From positions 73,486 through 137,485 of the forward strand of contig CAZBAG010000002.1 in assembly GCA_964490365.1 (NCBI GenBank): 64,000 nucleotides of DNA, in the 5' to 3' direction. This DNA is from an uncultured Candidatus Saccharibacteria bacterium (GTDB lineage: Bacteria; Patescibacteriota; Minisyncoccia; Phycocordibacterales; CSBR16-119). The position numbers and the translations under genes were made by a program. The notes below the pieces were generated by a model that saw only the letters and a program-made list of their open reading frames with translations, ran no database searches and was not told the DNA's origin. Below are positions 37,516 to 46,618 of this stretch, piece by piece (within the stretch, counting starts at the first letter, position 1; the number at the start of each line of letters is the position of its first letter).

Positions 37516-37950
37516 ATGACTACAGCAATTAAACTATCACCTATTGATATAGAATCACGAAAAAAACTCGACGTAAAAGCGGGTGACACTGTTCGTGTAT
37601 ATTCTAAAATCCAAGAAAAAGGAAAAACCCGAGTTCAGGCTTTTGAAGGATTAGTACTTGCTCGAAAGCACGGCACAGAACCAGGTGCAACAATTACCGT
37701 TCGAAAAATTTCAGAAGGTGTTGGTGTTGAAAGAATTTTCCCTCTGTACTCTCCAAATATTGAAACTATCGAAGTGGTGAAACGAGCAAAAGTAAAGCGA
37801 TCAAAGCTTTACTTCCTCCGAGAAAAGACAGCTAAAGAGATCCGAAGAAAACTAAAGGCATTTGGATTCATTGCAAAGACAGAAAAACTTGATATCAAAG
37901 CAGAAGATATGGAAGAGGAAAAAGTAGAAGCTCCAGTAGAAGAAAAATAA
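37516..37950 (+). CDS. rplS: 50S ribosomal protein L19
   Basis: [28 protein letters not shown]. Confidence 0.97.
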   Translation: MTTAIKLSPIDIESRKKLDVKAGDTVRVYSKIQEKGKTRVQAFEGLVLARKHGTEPGATITVRKISEGVGVERIFPLYSPNIETIEVVKRAKVKRSKLYFLREKTAKEIRRKLKAFGFIAKTEKLDIKAEDMEEEKVEAPVEEK

Positions 37951-38015
37951 CATCAAAGCCGCGCCGAAAGGTGCGGCTTTGATTTTTTATGTATTTTCTG
38001 TAATATCTCCTATAT

Positions 38016-38097
38016 GCCCAGGTGTTGAAACTGGTAGACAAGCTACCTTGAGGTGGTAGTGCTGTGAGGCGTGGAGGTTCGAGTCCTCTCCTGGGCA
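38016..38097 (+). tRNA. tRNA-Leu(GAG)
   Basis: GCCCAGG...CTACC TTGAGGT GGTAG, variable arm, GGAGGTTCGAGTCCTCT CCTGGGC A. Confidence 0.95.
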
Positions 38098-38099
38098 CA

Positions 38100-38239
38100 A
38101 AAAATATCCCGAATTTTTTCGGGTTTTATTTTTTGGTGAGAGGACTCGAAGACCTTTTGAGCTTTTTTGTGAGTGAAACGAACACAAGAGCCAAAAGGTG
38201 TACTGCTCCTGTAAGGAGAGAGTCCTCTCCTGGGCACAA
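38100..38239 (+). mobile_element. tRNA-3'-anchored miniature element (Leu copy)
   Basis: Terminator-like hairpin; inverted T-arm copy GAGAGGACTCGAA (38138-38150); hairpin capped by GAGTGAAACGA (38171-38181); direct copy GAGTCCTCTCCTGGGCACAA (38220-38239). Confidence 0.7.
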
Positions 38240-38316
38240 CATGAATTTGTAAATACTCCGCTTAGGAGTATTTTTGCTATACTAATATCTGTAGATAATT
38301 AATAGAGATAATTAAT

Positions 38317-39348
38317 ATGTTTCTTATTTTAGAAAAACTTTTTTTTAATTTTGGACCAATACTTTTCGGTGCTGCAGGATTCTTTCTTGCCTCATATGTG
38401 TACACCAAAAAACATAAACAAGAAAACCTTGTGTGTCCAATGAATGGAAGTTGTGACGAGGTTGTGAATAGTAGATATTCAAAATTTCTTGGTCTTCCAG
38501 TGGAAGTTCTCGGCATGATCTACTACGCGTTTATTGTTTTAGTGTACAGCGCTATGCACCTCTACCCTCATGTATTTAGTGATGTGGCTAAATTTTTTAT
38601 AACAGGGATAACTGTCGGTGCCTTTTTCTTTTCAGTGTATCTTGTAACTATTCAGGCATTTATATTAAAAAAATGGTGCACATGGTGTCTTTTTTCTGCA
38701 GGTTTCAGTACATTTATTTTTATAACCGCTATTTTCACTACAGACTTCTCACTCATTTCTTTACTTGCCGAATACCGTACTACGATTATCATTTTCCATG
38801 CACTGGCAGCCTTGGTAGGTGTCGGCACCGCAACAGTGACTGATGTTTTCTTCTTTAAATATTTGAAAGATTACAAAATATCAGAAAGTGAACAAAAAAC
38901 TATGGAAACGCTCTCGGGTGTTATTTGGATTGCGCTTGGTGTACTCGTCTTAACTGGTATTGGATTGTTTGTTCCAGAATCAGAGCGCCTTCTTGATTCA
39001 TCAAAATTCATAACAAAGTCGTTTGCTGTGTTTGTGCTTATTATTAATGGTGTGTTGCTCAACTTAAGTATTTCGCCACGAATGATGGAGATTACCTTTG
39101 GCGACAACTTTAGCCACCAAAGACATGATTTACATAGATTGCGAAAACTCGCCTTTGCTCTTGGTGCGATCTCTATTACATCGTGGTATACCGTTTTTGT
39201 CCTTGGTTCTCTTAAGTCAATTCCTTTGTCTATCCAACAAGCGCTTTGGGCATATCTCACATTGCTTGTTGTGGTAATTGTTGTCTCTCAAGTTTTTGAT
39301 CATGCCATGATTCAAAAAAGAAAAAGAGAACTATCACTTAATAAATAA
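38317..39348 (+). CDS. VKOR family protein with extra C-terminal TM domain
   Basis: C..GSCDEVVNSRYS..LGLPV..LG, WCTWC. Confidence 0.9.
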   Translation: MFLILEKLFFNFGPILFGAAGFFLASYVYTKKHKQENLVCPMNGSCDEVVNSRYSKFLGLPVEVLGMIYYAFIVLVYSAMHLYPHVFSDVAKFFITGITVGAFFFSVYLVTIQAFILKKWCTWCLFSAGFSTFIFITAIFTTDFSLISLLAEYRTTIIIFHALAALVGVGTATVTDVFFFKYLKDYKISESEQKTMETLSGVIWIALGVLVLTGIGLFVPESERLLDSSKFITKSFAVFVLIINGVLLNLSISPRMMEITFGDNFSHQRHDLHRLRKLAFALGAISITSWYTVFVLGSLKSIPLSIQQALWAYLTLLVVVIVVSQVFDHAMIQKRKRELSLNK

Positions 39349-39351
39349 TCT

Positions 39352-39768
39352 ATGAATTTTCGAGAATCATTCAATAACTTATTTCACTCTCGCAGTCCCG
39401 AGAATACAGCACAGCAAGCTGATGACTTAACAGACTACACCTTCCTTTTCTCTACTTTTGAGGAACGTCTTGAAAAAGTAAAACCTTCTTTGGTCGAATT
39501 AGCGACTTTGTTGAGTGATTTCAAAGCAACATTTTTTGAAACAGGAGTAGGGAAAGAATATCGCCATCTAACCGAAGAAAAAAACAGCCTTATGTTGTCA
39601 CTTGATACTTCAGATGAGACAACAATTAATATGGGAGCCATCAACATGATCGATCAAAAGATGATGGTCATTGAAAACTCGGATGAGTTTGTTGGTTACA
39701 AAGACATGGTAGAAAGGATGGAAAAAATCTTACATGACGGACAAGAAGAATTACCAAGAGTTGCTTAG
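39352..39768 (+). CDS. Hypothetical protein
   Basis: 138-aa ORF in operon position. Confidence 0.6.
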   Translation: MNFRESFNNLFHSRSPENTAQQADDLTDYTFLFSTFEERLEKVKPSLVELATLLSDFKATFFETGVGKEYRHLTEEKNSLMLSLDTSDETTINMGAINMIDQKMMVIENSDEFVGYKDMVERMEKILHDGQEELPRVA

Positions 39769-39829
39769 TGGATTTATTTTTACTATTTTGCTATAACAGA
39801 GGAGTTCTAGGACTCTAGGACAATAATAT

Positions 39830-39905
39830 GGTGGCTATGGTGTAACGGTTAACACTGAGGTTTGTGGAACCTTCGATCAGGGTTCGATTCCCTGTAGTCA
39901 CCCCA
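39830..39905 (+). tRNA. tRNA-His(GTG)
   Basis: G-1, GTGGCTA...GAGGT TTGTGGA ACCTT...CAGGGTTCGATTCCCTG, C73, CCA. Confidence 0.95.
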
Positions 39906-39964
39906 AATATATAAACTTCGAACAAGGTTTCATTGGACGTGCTTAAACTGCTATAATCTTAAAT

Positions 39965-40471
39965 ATGGCAAATTACGAAGCTAAAACTGAAGACAATAAG
40001 TGTATTTTTTGTGAAATTTCAAGCGGAAGGATGAAAACATCTGGTGTGTTTTGGGAAGACCAAGAATTTATGGCATTTCTTTCGATAGATCCAAATACAG
40101 AAGGTTTTTCTTGTGTCATTCCTAAAGAGCACTTTGGAAGTGATGTTTTAAAAATACCTGATGATGTTTTGCAAAGGTTTATCCTTGCATCTAAAAAAGT
40201 TGCAGAGGTTCTAGAGGGCTACTTTGAGAATGTTGGCAGAGTTGGGCTAATCATGGAAGGAACTGGAATAGACCACGCACATATTAAACTTGTACCAATG
40301 CACGGTACTGGCTATATGAAAAAAGGAGAATGGAGGCAAATACTTTCTGGTAAAGAATTTTGGTTTCCAGAATACGAAGGATGGATTTCTTCTGGAGGAG
40401 GACCGAAAGCCGAACCTGCATCCCTAGCCTCTCTTGCCGAAGCTCTTAAAAATTACCAAAAACATGAATAA
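39965..40471 (+). CDS. HIT family protein
   Basis: CIFCEI, VIPKEH, HAHIKL. Confidence 0.9.
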   Translation: MANYEAKTEDNKCIFCEISSGRMKTSGVFWEDQEFMAFLSIDPNTEGFSCVIPKEHFGSDVLKIPDDVLQRFILASKKVAEVLEGYFENVGRVGLIMEGTGIDHAHIKLVPMHGTGYMKKGEWRQILSGKEFWFPEYEGWISSGGGPKAEPASLASLAEALKNYQKHE

Positions 40472-40997
40472 AACAAATCTAGAACTAAAACACTTTTGCT
40501 CAGACTTTCATGAGGTAAGAAAAGTTCTAAAAACAATGGGTGCGAAGAAAGAAGTGGTAAAAAATCAAAAAGATTATTTCTTTGAATTGCCAAAAAGGAA
40601 AATAGGAAATCCTAGATTAAAACTTCGGATTGAGGGGAAGAAAGAAACTCTTATTTACTACGATCGTCCTGATTTTAAAAAAGGAAAAGAAACTAACGCA
40701 AAAATAAAGCTCTATGAGGTTAAAGACAAAGAGCTCTTGCCATTTCTTAAAGAATCTTTGGGTGTGAAAGCTATTGTTGAAAAGAAAAGGGAAGTATGGC
40801 GAAAAGATAATACGGTATTCCATTTAGATGATGTTAAAGGTGCGGGGAAGATTTTTGAAGTTGAACTTCAAAAGTTTGGAAAAATAAACCAGAAAGATAT
40901 TGATCTTTTTAAAGAATACCAAACACAGCTTTTACCGTATCTAGGTCAGGTAGTTCGTGGCTCAAATGTTGATTTGGTTAAAAAGTCAAAAATCTAA
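40464..40997 (+). CDS. CYTH domain (class IV adenylate cyclase-like) protein
   Basis: NLELK, QKDYFF, RLKLR, VEKKREVW, HLDDV..G.IFEVE. Confidence 0.88.
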   Translation: MNKTNLELKHFCSDFHEVRKVLKTMGAKKEVVKNQKDYFFELPKRKIGNPRLKLRIEGKKETLIYYDRPDFKKGKETNAKIKLYEVKDKELLPFLKESLGVKAIVEKKREVWRKDNTVFHLDDVKGAGKIFEVELQKFGKINQKDIDLFKEYQTQLLPYLGQVVRGSNVDLVKKSKI

Positions 40998-41085
40998 ATA
41001 CAAAAGTCGAAGCTCAGAGATGGTTTGACCCCTAAAAAACAAAAAGACCCATATGGGTCTTTTTGTTTGATATAATTAATACACT

Positions 41086-41526
41086 ATGAGTATAGAAAAA
41101 GTAGATTCTCGTCTTATTCATTTTTTTCGAAAAATATTTATCCCTTCAGCTCGAATAGGTTTGTTTATTGTGTTTTTTTGGTTTGGGTTTTTGAAAGTGC
41201 TTGGCCTATCTCCTGCAAGTGGTGTTGTCCAAAGGCTTTTCGAAAACACTGTTCCTTTTATGGATTTCTCTGTTTTTCTAGTTTTGTTTGGTCTCTTTGA
41301 GTGCTTGATCGGAGCGCTATTTCTTATCAAAGGTTTGGAGCGGTTAGTTATTCCTCTTCTTTTTATACATATGATCACCACGTTTGGACCACTCATTCTT
41401 TTACCAGAAGAAACGTGGCAACAATTTATGGTGCCAACCCTTGAAGGACAATATATTATTAAAAATGTTGTACTTATTGCTGCGGCTATCGGTATTGCAG
41501 CGCACCTTCATCCTATTAAAAGATAA
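41086..41526 (+). CDS. DoxX/DUF417-like membrane protein
   Basis: FFWFGFLKV...SPA, EGQYIIKNVVL. Confidence 0.8.
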   Translation: MSIEKVDSRLIHFFRKIFIPSARIGLFIVFFWFGFLKVLGLSPASGVVQRLFENTVPFMDFSVFLVLFGLFECLIGALFLIKGLERLVIPLLFIHMITTFGPLILLPEETWQQFMVPTLEGQYIIKNVVLIAAAIGIAAHLHPIKR

Positions 41527-41529
41527 ACT

Positions 41530-42015
41530 ATGATTGATGAATTACACAAAACAGTTGATGAGCTCGAGCGTGACGGCAAGCTCGATAAACGACTCAAGAG
41601 AAGGCTCTATTTTTTCAAGGTTCTTTCATTCCTTTTTGGGTTGATTACTGTCTACGATATTTTATTCGAAGGATTCTACTGGTTCCATGTCTTTCTAGCG
41701 GTAGCATTTTCATTCCTTTTCGGATTCTTTCTTTTGGCGAAAATAAATGAAGTTTCTTGGGATAAGAAAAAACAGAGAATGGTTATTCTAAAGATGGATA
41801 TTTGGGGTATTGTTATTCTAGTGTTGTATATTAGTGCTCGAATCCTTTCAGATGCCTATCTCCATGATTTTTTTGACGGCAATGTTTCAAAAGTTCTGGC
41901 ATACACGTTCTTTACTGCCTTTGGTGTAACTTTAGGAAGATTCGTAGGGTCTCTTGCGTCTATTTATATGGCACAACCGAGAAAAAGTTTCCGGTTTTCT
42001 CGAAAAAATAAATAA
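41530..42015 (+). CDS. Four-TM hypothetical membrane protein
   Basis: Hydrophobicity pattern. Confidence 0.65.
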   Translation: MIDELHKTVDELERDGKLDKRLKRRLYFFKVLSFLFGLITVYDILFEGFYWFHVFLAVAFSFLFGFFLLAKINEVSWDKKKQRMVILKMDIWGIVILVLYISARILSDAYLHDFFDGNVSKVLAYTFFTAFGVTLGRFVGSLASIYMAQPRKSFRFSRKNK

Positions 42016-42053
42016 GGTATACTGAAATTATTACCAATAATTTTTTTAATTCC

Positions 42054-42794
42054 ATGTATACAAAACTATCTGACAGACCTTTCTTTTATCCAGCACTTAT
42101 TATTGGCGCATGTCTTGTGCTCGCAGCACTTGTTGCAGGTTTCTTTGTTTCCGGTATTAAAAATTCTGGTGATACCATTACTTCAACAGGTTCTGCAAAA
42201 GTTCGAGTAACATCAGATTCGGCAAAGTTTACGGGATCTGTAGTGAGAACTTCGTCAGAATATGACTTAAAAGGTGGTTACACGGCTGTGGCGTCTGATA
42301 TAAAAATCATTGAAGAATTTCTTAAGGAAAAAGGCTTAACATCTGAAGACTATGCGATTCAGCCAGTAGCTGTGAACGAGGTGTATCAATACGGTGAGGG
42401 TGCTCAAAATCTTCCAAAAAAATATGAATTCCGACAAACAATTTCAATCGATTCAAATGAAATTGAAAAAGTTGAAAATGTTGCAAACTCTATTTCATCA
42501 CTCGTGAATAAAAATGTACTCTTCCAAAGTTACGGTATTCAATACCTTTACAGTGGGCTTGCAGAAAAACGAGTTGAGCTTCTCGGGGGAGCGATACAAG
42601 ATGCAAAAGCACGAGCTCATGAAATTGCAAAAAGTTCTGGTTCCAGTATTGGAAAGCTTCAGTCTTCAACAGGTGGTGTGGTACAAGTACTTTCTCCAAA
42701 CTCTATTGATGTTTCCGACTATGGTTCATACGACACATCTACAAAAGAGAAAGATATTTCAGTTACAGTACGAGCAACATTTAAGCTAAACTAA
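42054..42794 (+). CDS. SIMPL (DUF541) domain protein
   Basis: TGSAKVRVTSD, AIQDAKARA, GVVQV, SVTVRATF. Confidence 0.85.
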   Translation: MYTKLSDRPFFYPALIIGACLVLAALVAGFFVSGIKNSGDTITSTGSAKVRVTSDSAKFTGSVVRTSSEYDLKGGYTAVASDIKIIEEFLKEKGLTSEDYAIQPVAVNEVYQYGEGAQNLPKKYEFRQTISIDSNEIEKVENVANSISSLVNKNVLFQSYGIQYLYSGLAEKRVELLGGAIQDAKARAHEIAKSSGSSIGKLQSSTGGVVQVLSPNSIDVSDYGSYDTSTKEKDISVTVRATFKLN

Positions 42795-42796
42795 GG

Positions 42797-42836
42797 AAAA
42801 AAGAGACGGGCACGCTTCGCGTGCCCGTCTCTTTTC
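42797..42836. terminator. Terminator hairpin
   Basis: AAAAGAGACGGGCACGC-TTC-GCGTGCCCGTCTCTTTT. Confidence 0.85.
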
Positions 42837-42855
42837 ATTTTGGTATAATCAGGTT

Positions 42856-43620
42856 ATGAATACTATGAAGACCATTCTCTTAATACTCATGCTTGTGCTA
42901 GCCCTCTATTTAGGTGTATTTCGAGAGCGAAAATCTGTTGTTGTTGAAAATCCAAAAATTTGGATAGATGAAGAAGTTGTTACTCCTGAAACAGTTACAA
43001 AGCTTATGCTGTGGGAAAATGAAGAAACAGATTTGTATAAAATCACCTACAAACTTTCTGATATTTCGGAAGAACGTCCAAAAGAAGATATAGCACGTTG
43101 GGTTTCTGACAGAGTGTTGCAATTTAAAACAGAAGCAGGTTTTGAAACAATGACCGCAGAAGACAAAGAAACACTTGGTTTTAATCGTGGTATGAAATAT
43201 ACGCTTGATTTTTCATATAAGATTAAAGAATCCAAAACAATAAAAACATATGTTGTTTCGTCAGCCGTATTTACAGGTGGTGCACATGGAAATTTAGAAG
43301 TACTCACCTTTAACTACGAAAAAGAATCAGGAAAACGAATTTCCTTAAGTGATGTATTTGTGAAAAGTCCTGCAGAGTATTTGCCAGTACTCGCGGCTCT
43401 TGGTGATAAATTTTTAGAGGCAAAATATAAAGATGTTGCGTTTCATGAAGGTTTGAAGCCAGAGCCAGTTAATTGGGCAACATGGTATACGACCGACACA
43501 TCTCTTGTGTTTATTTTCCAAACATATCAAGTTGTGCCATATGCGTACGGGACTCCAGAGTTTGAAGTAGTTGCAGAAGGTGTTAAAGATTTCATTAACT
43601 CAAAATATTTTGTTGAATAG
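42856..43620 (+). CDS. DUF3298/RsiV-like extracellular protein
   Basis: FTGGAHG, TFNY..GKRISLSDVF, YQVVPYAYG. Confidence 0.85.
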   Translation: MNTMKTILLILMLVLALYLGVFRERKSVVVENPKIWIDEEVVTPETVTKLMLWENEETDLYKITYKLSDISEERPKEDIARWVSDRVLQFKTEAGFETMTAEDKETLGFNRGMKYTLDFSYKIKESKTIKTYVVSSAVFTGGAHGNLEVLTFNYEKESGKRISLSDVFVKSPAEYLPVLAALGDKFLEAKYKDVAFHEGLKPEPVNWATWYTTDTSLVFIFQTYQVVPYAYGTPEFEVVAEGVKDFINSKYFVE

Positions 43621-43622
43621 CA

Positions 43623-45398
43623 ATGGAAGATACAAATAAAAAAAGTACGGTTAAATATTCTCGCATCTTTTACTATTTTTGGAGAGAGACAAAAGGTTAT
43701 AGATTACCTGTATTTATTTCCGTGCTTGCTGTTGCGGTAGGGACACTCTTAGCAAATGTTATTGAGCCAAAAATATATCAAAAAATAGTAGACGTTGTTT
43801 CGTCTAGTTCGTATCCAGCATGGACAAAAGAGTTAACCTCTTCCTTTTTCTTATTGTTTTTTGTTTTAGTGGGCGGTTTCATTTTTTGGAGAATAAACGA
43901 ATTTCTTCAATCTTACGTACAAAGTAAAATAATAAAAAAACTAACAGATCTAACGTATAAAAGCATACTAGCCCACTCAAGAAGATTTTTTTCAAATAGT
44001 TTTTCAGGAGGACTCATTGCAAAATCAGGAAGATTTATTGGTGCTTTTGAATCGTTGTATGACATTATTGTCTGGAATTTTTTTGCTTCAATTCTGGGTT
44101 TTATCGGTATTATTTTTGTAATATCAAAAGAGGACACAACTCTCGCACTCATATTCATAGCTTGGTTCTTTATTTTTTTAATAATCTCTTATTTTTTTGC
44201 AAAATATAAAATGCCATTTGATGAAGATAGGGCAAAAGCAAGCACTGAAGTAAGGAGTTGGTTCTCAGACGGTGTGACAAACATCTTAAGTGTAAAAATA
44301 TTCTCAGCCTTCGCAAGTGAGGTTTTAAATTTTAAAAGGAAAACAAAAGAAGAAGAAATAAAAAGAACTAAATCTTGGTTTATAACAAATACTCAGAACT
44401 TAGTTCAAGCCTTTTTGATTATGATCCTAGAAGTCGTAGGGCTGTATATTGCAATTCGACTGTGGTCAAAAGGATTAGTTTCTGTTGGTTTTATTATTCT
44501 GGTTCAAATCTATATGGCAAGAATCTTTCATTTTATTGGTGGAATAGGATATTCCATGAGAAGGTTCGCTGGTTCGCTTTCTGATGCTAAAGAAATGGTA
44601 GAAATATTAGATCAAGAAATCGATATAAAAGATCCTGAAAATCCTGAAACATGTTTAATTAAAAAAGGAGACATTACTTTCGAAGATGTTTCATTTGAAT
44701 ATAAAGACGGCAAAGATGTGTTTAAAAAATTAAACCTCCATATTCCAAGTGGACAAAAAGTTGGTATTGTTGGACATTCTGGCTCTGGTAAAACCACTAT
44801 CACCAACCTACTTTTACGCTTCGAAGATGTTTCAGGCGGCGTCATTAAAATTGATACTCAAGATATTAGAAACATAACTCAAGATGATTTGCGACGAAAT
44901 ATTTCATACGTTCCACAAGAACCTGTTCTGTTCCATAGAACGCTCAGAGAAAATATTGCCTACGGAAATCTAAGTGCAAGTACTAAAGAAATCGAAATTG
45001 CGTCAAAGAAAGCTCATGCTGAAGAGTTTATTAAAGACTTAAAAGATGGTTACGAGACCGTGGTTGGGGAGCGAGGAGTGAAGCTTTCTGGTGGACAACG
45101 TCAACGAATTTCTATTGCTCGTGTTATGCTCGAACATTCCCCAATTCTTATTTTAGATGAAGCAACATCTTCGCTTGACTCAATTAGTGAAAATCTTATC
45201 CAAAAAGCATTCGATGAGGCTATGAAGAACAGAACGACAGTAGTGATTGCTCATCGACTTTCTACCATTAAAAAGATGGATAGAATTATTGTTCTCGACA
45301 AAGGTGAAATCGTTGAAGATGGAACACACGATGACTTACTTCTTAAGAAGGGATACTACTTTAAACTTTGGCAGGCACAAAAAGATGGAGTGATATAA
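43623..45398 (+). CDS. ABC exporter, fused permease/ATPase
   Basis: Six TM, GHSGSGKTT, LSGGQRQR, ILDEATSSLD, IAHRLST. Confidence 0.96.
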   Translation: MEDTNKKSTVKYSRIFYYFWRETKGYRLPVFISVLAVAVGTLLANVIEPKIYQKIVDVVSSSSYPAWTKELTSSFFLLFFVLVGGFIFWRINEFLQSYVQSKIIKKLTDLTYKSILAHSRRFFSNSFSGGLIAKSGRFIGAFESLYDIIVWNFFASILGFIGIIFVISKEDTTLALIFIAWFFIFLIISYFFAKYKMPFDEDRAKASTEVRSWFSDGVTNILSVKIFSAFASEVLNFKRKTKEEEIKRTKSWFITNTQNLVQAFLIMILEVVGLYIAIRLWSKGLVSVGFIILVQIYMARIFHFIGGIGYSMRRFAGSLSDAKEMVEILDQEIDIKDPENPETCLIKKGDITFEDVSFEYKDGKDVFKKLNLHIPSGQKVGIVGHSGSGKTTITNLLLRFEDVSGGVIKIDTQDIRNITQDDLRRNISYVPQEPVLFHRTLRENIAYGNLSASTKEIEIASKKAHAEEFIKDLKDGYETVVGERGVKLSGGQRQRISIARVMLEHSPILILDEATSSLDSISENLIQKAFDEAMKNRTTVVIAHRLSTIKKMDRIIVLDKGEIVEDGTHDDLLLKKGYYFKLWQAQKDGVI

Positions 45399-45464
45399 AG
45401 TATCACGAAGAGATTTTTTCACTTTCCCACACACAAAAATAATATTCTGCTGTAGAATACAAGT

Positions 45465-46118
45465 ATGAATAAAGAAGTATCACGTCTTGATATTTTAGCT
45501 GACGGTATTTTTGCTATCGTCATGACCATACTTGTTTTTGAAATCAAAGTTCCAGAAATTGTGAATCCAACCAATGAAGTTATTTTTGAGTTACTGAAGC
45601 ACTCATATCCACTCTTTTTATCGTATATTCTTTCCTTTGCAGTGCTGTTTACGTATTGGCGAGGATACCACTCTATCGTCTCTGATTTTGCAAAAAGTTT
45701 TGATGTAAATTTCCAAAATATTGCTGGCGCATTTCTTTTGTTTGTGGGACTTATTCCATTTTCTTCGCACCTTCTTGGGGTCTACAGCCACTTGCCTGCA
45801 TCAGTAATTGTGTTTTCACTCAACGTGATTATTATCGGAGCACTTCTCTTTTGTATGCGACTCTATGCGTGGAAGTCTCATAGTATTAAAAACAAACGAA
45901 TAACAAAGACAGAACAGGTTCATTCTCACATTAGAATCTTTATTCCTATTGTTTTTTCCGTGTTTGCGATACTCGTAGCTTTTATTAATACTGATATTGC
46001 ACTTACTATTCTTACTATTGCGATTATATTTAACCTTCTGAAGCGAAGTACGAGGATTATTTGCGAGTTTTTAGAAATTGAACATTCAAATGGAAAAATT
46101 ACTACCACTAAAAAGTAA
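45465..46118 (+). CDS. TMEM175 family potassium channel
   Basis: RLDILADGIFAIVMTILV signature. Confidence 0.88.
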   Translation: MNKEVSRLDILADGIFAIVMTILVFEIKVPEIVNPTNEVIFELLKHSYPLFLSYILSFAVLFTYWRGYHSIVSDFAKSFDVNFQNIAGAFLLFVGLIPFSSHLLGVYSHLPASVIVFSLNVIIIGALLFCMRLYAWKSHSIKNKRITKTEQVHSHIRIFIPIVFSVFAILVAFINTDIALTILTIAIIFNLLKRSTRIICEFLEIEHSNGKITTTKK

Positions 46119-46563
46119 AGCACCTGATTTTACGTTGCAAGATCAAGATGGAAATAAACACTCACTTTCTGATTATCTTGGAAGTTTTGTCCTTATTTAT
46201 TTTTATCCAAAGGATGACACACCCGGGTGCACCAAAGAAGCATGTATGCTCCGAGATGATTTCCCAAATTTTAAGAAACTAGAAGCAAAAGTGCTTGGTA
46301 TTAGCGCTGATTCGGTTAAAAGTCATAAAAAATTCGCAGAAAAATACCAGTTGCCATTTACGTTACTCTCTGATGAAGAGAAAACAGTGATACGTGCATA
46401 TGGCGCGCTTGGTGAGAAAAGTATGTTTGGCAAAAAATTCTTAGGTATTCACAGAGTTTCATATTTGATCGATAAGAAAGGGAATATTGTAAAAGTATAT
46501 GACAACGTAAAGCCTGAAACTCATGCGGAAGAGGTGTTGGTTGACCTACAATCACTCGCATAA
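46090..46563 (+). CDS. bcp: Peroxiredoxin Bcp
   Basis: YFYPKDDTPGCTKEAC. Confidence 0.95.
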   Translation: MEKLLPLKSKAPDFTLQDQDGNKHSLSDYLGSFVLIYFYPKDDTPGCTKEACMLRDDFPNFKKLEAKVLGISADSVKSHKKFAEKYQLPFTLLSDEEKTVIRAYGALGEKSMFGKKFLGIHRVSYLIDKKGNIVKVYDNVKPETHAEEVLVDLQSLA

Positions 46564-46618
46564 TAAAGTAAAACCTTCTGTCGTGGAAGGTTTTTTCTTT
46601 GCGTGATACTATTGAATT

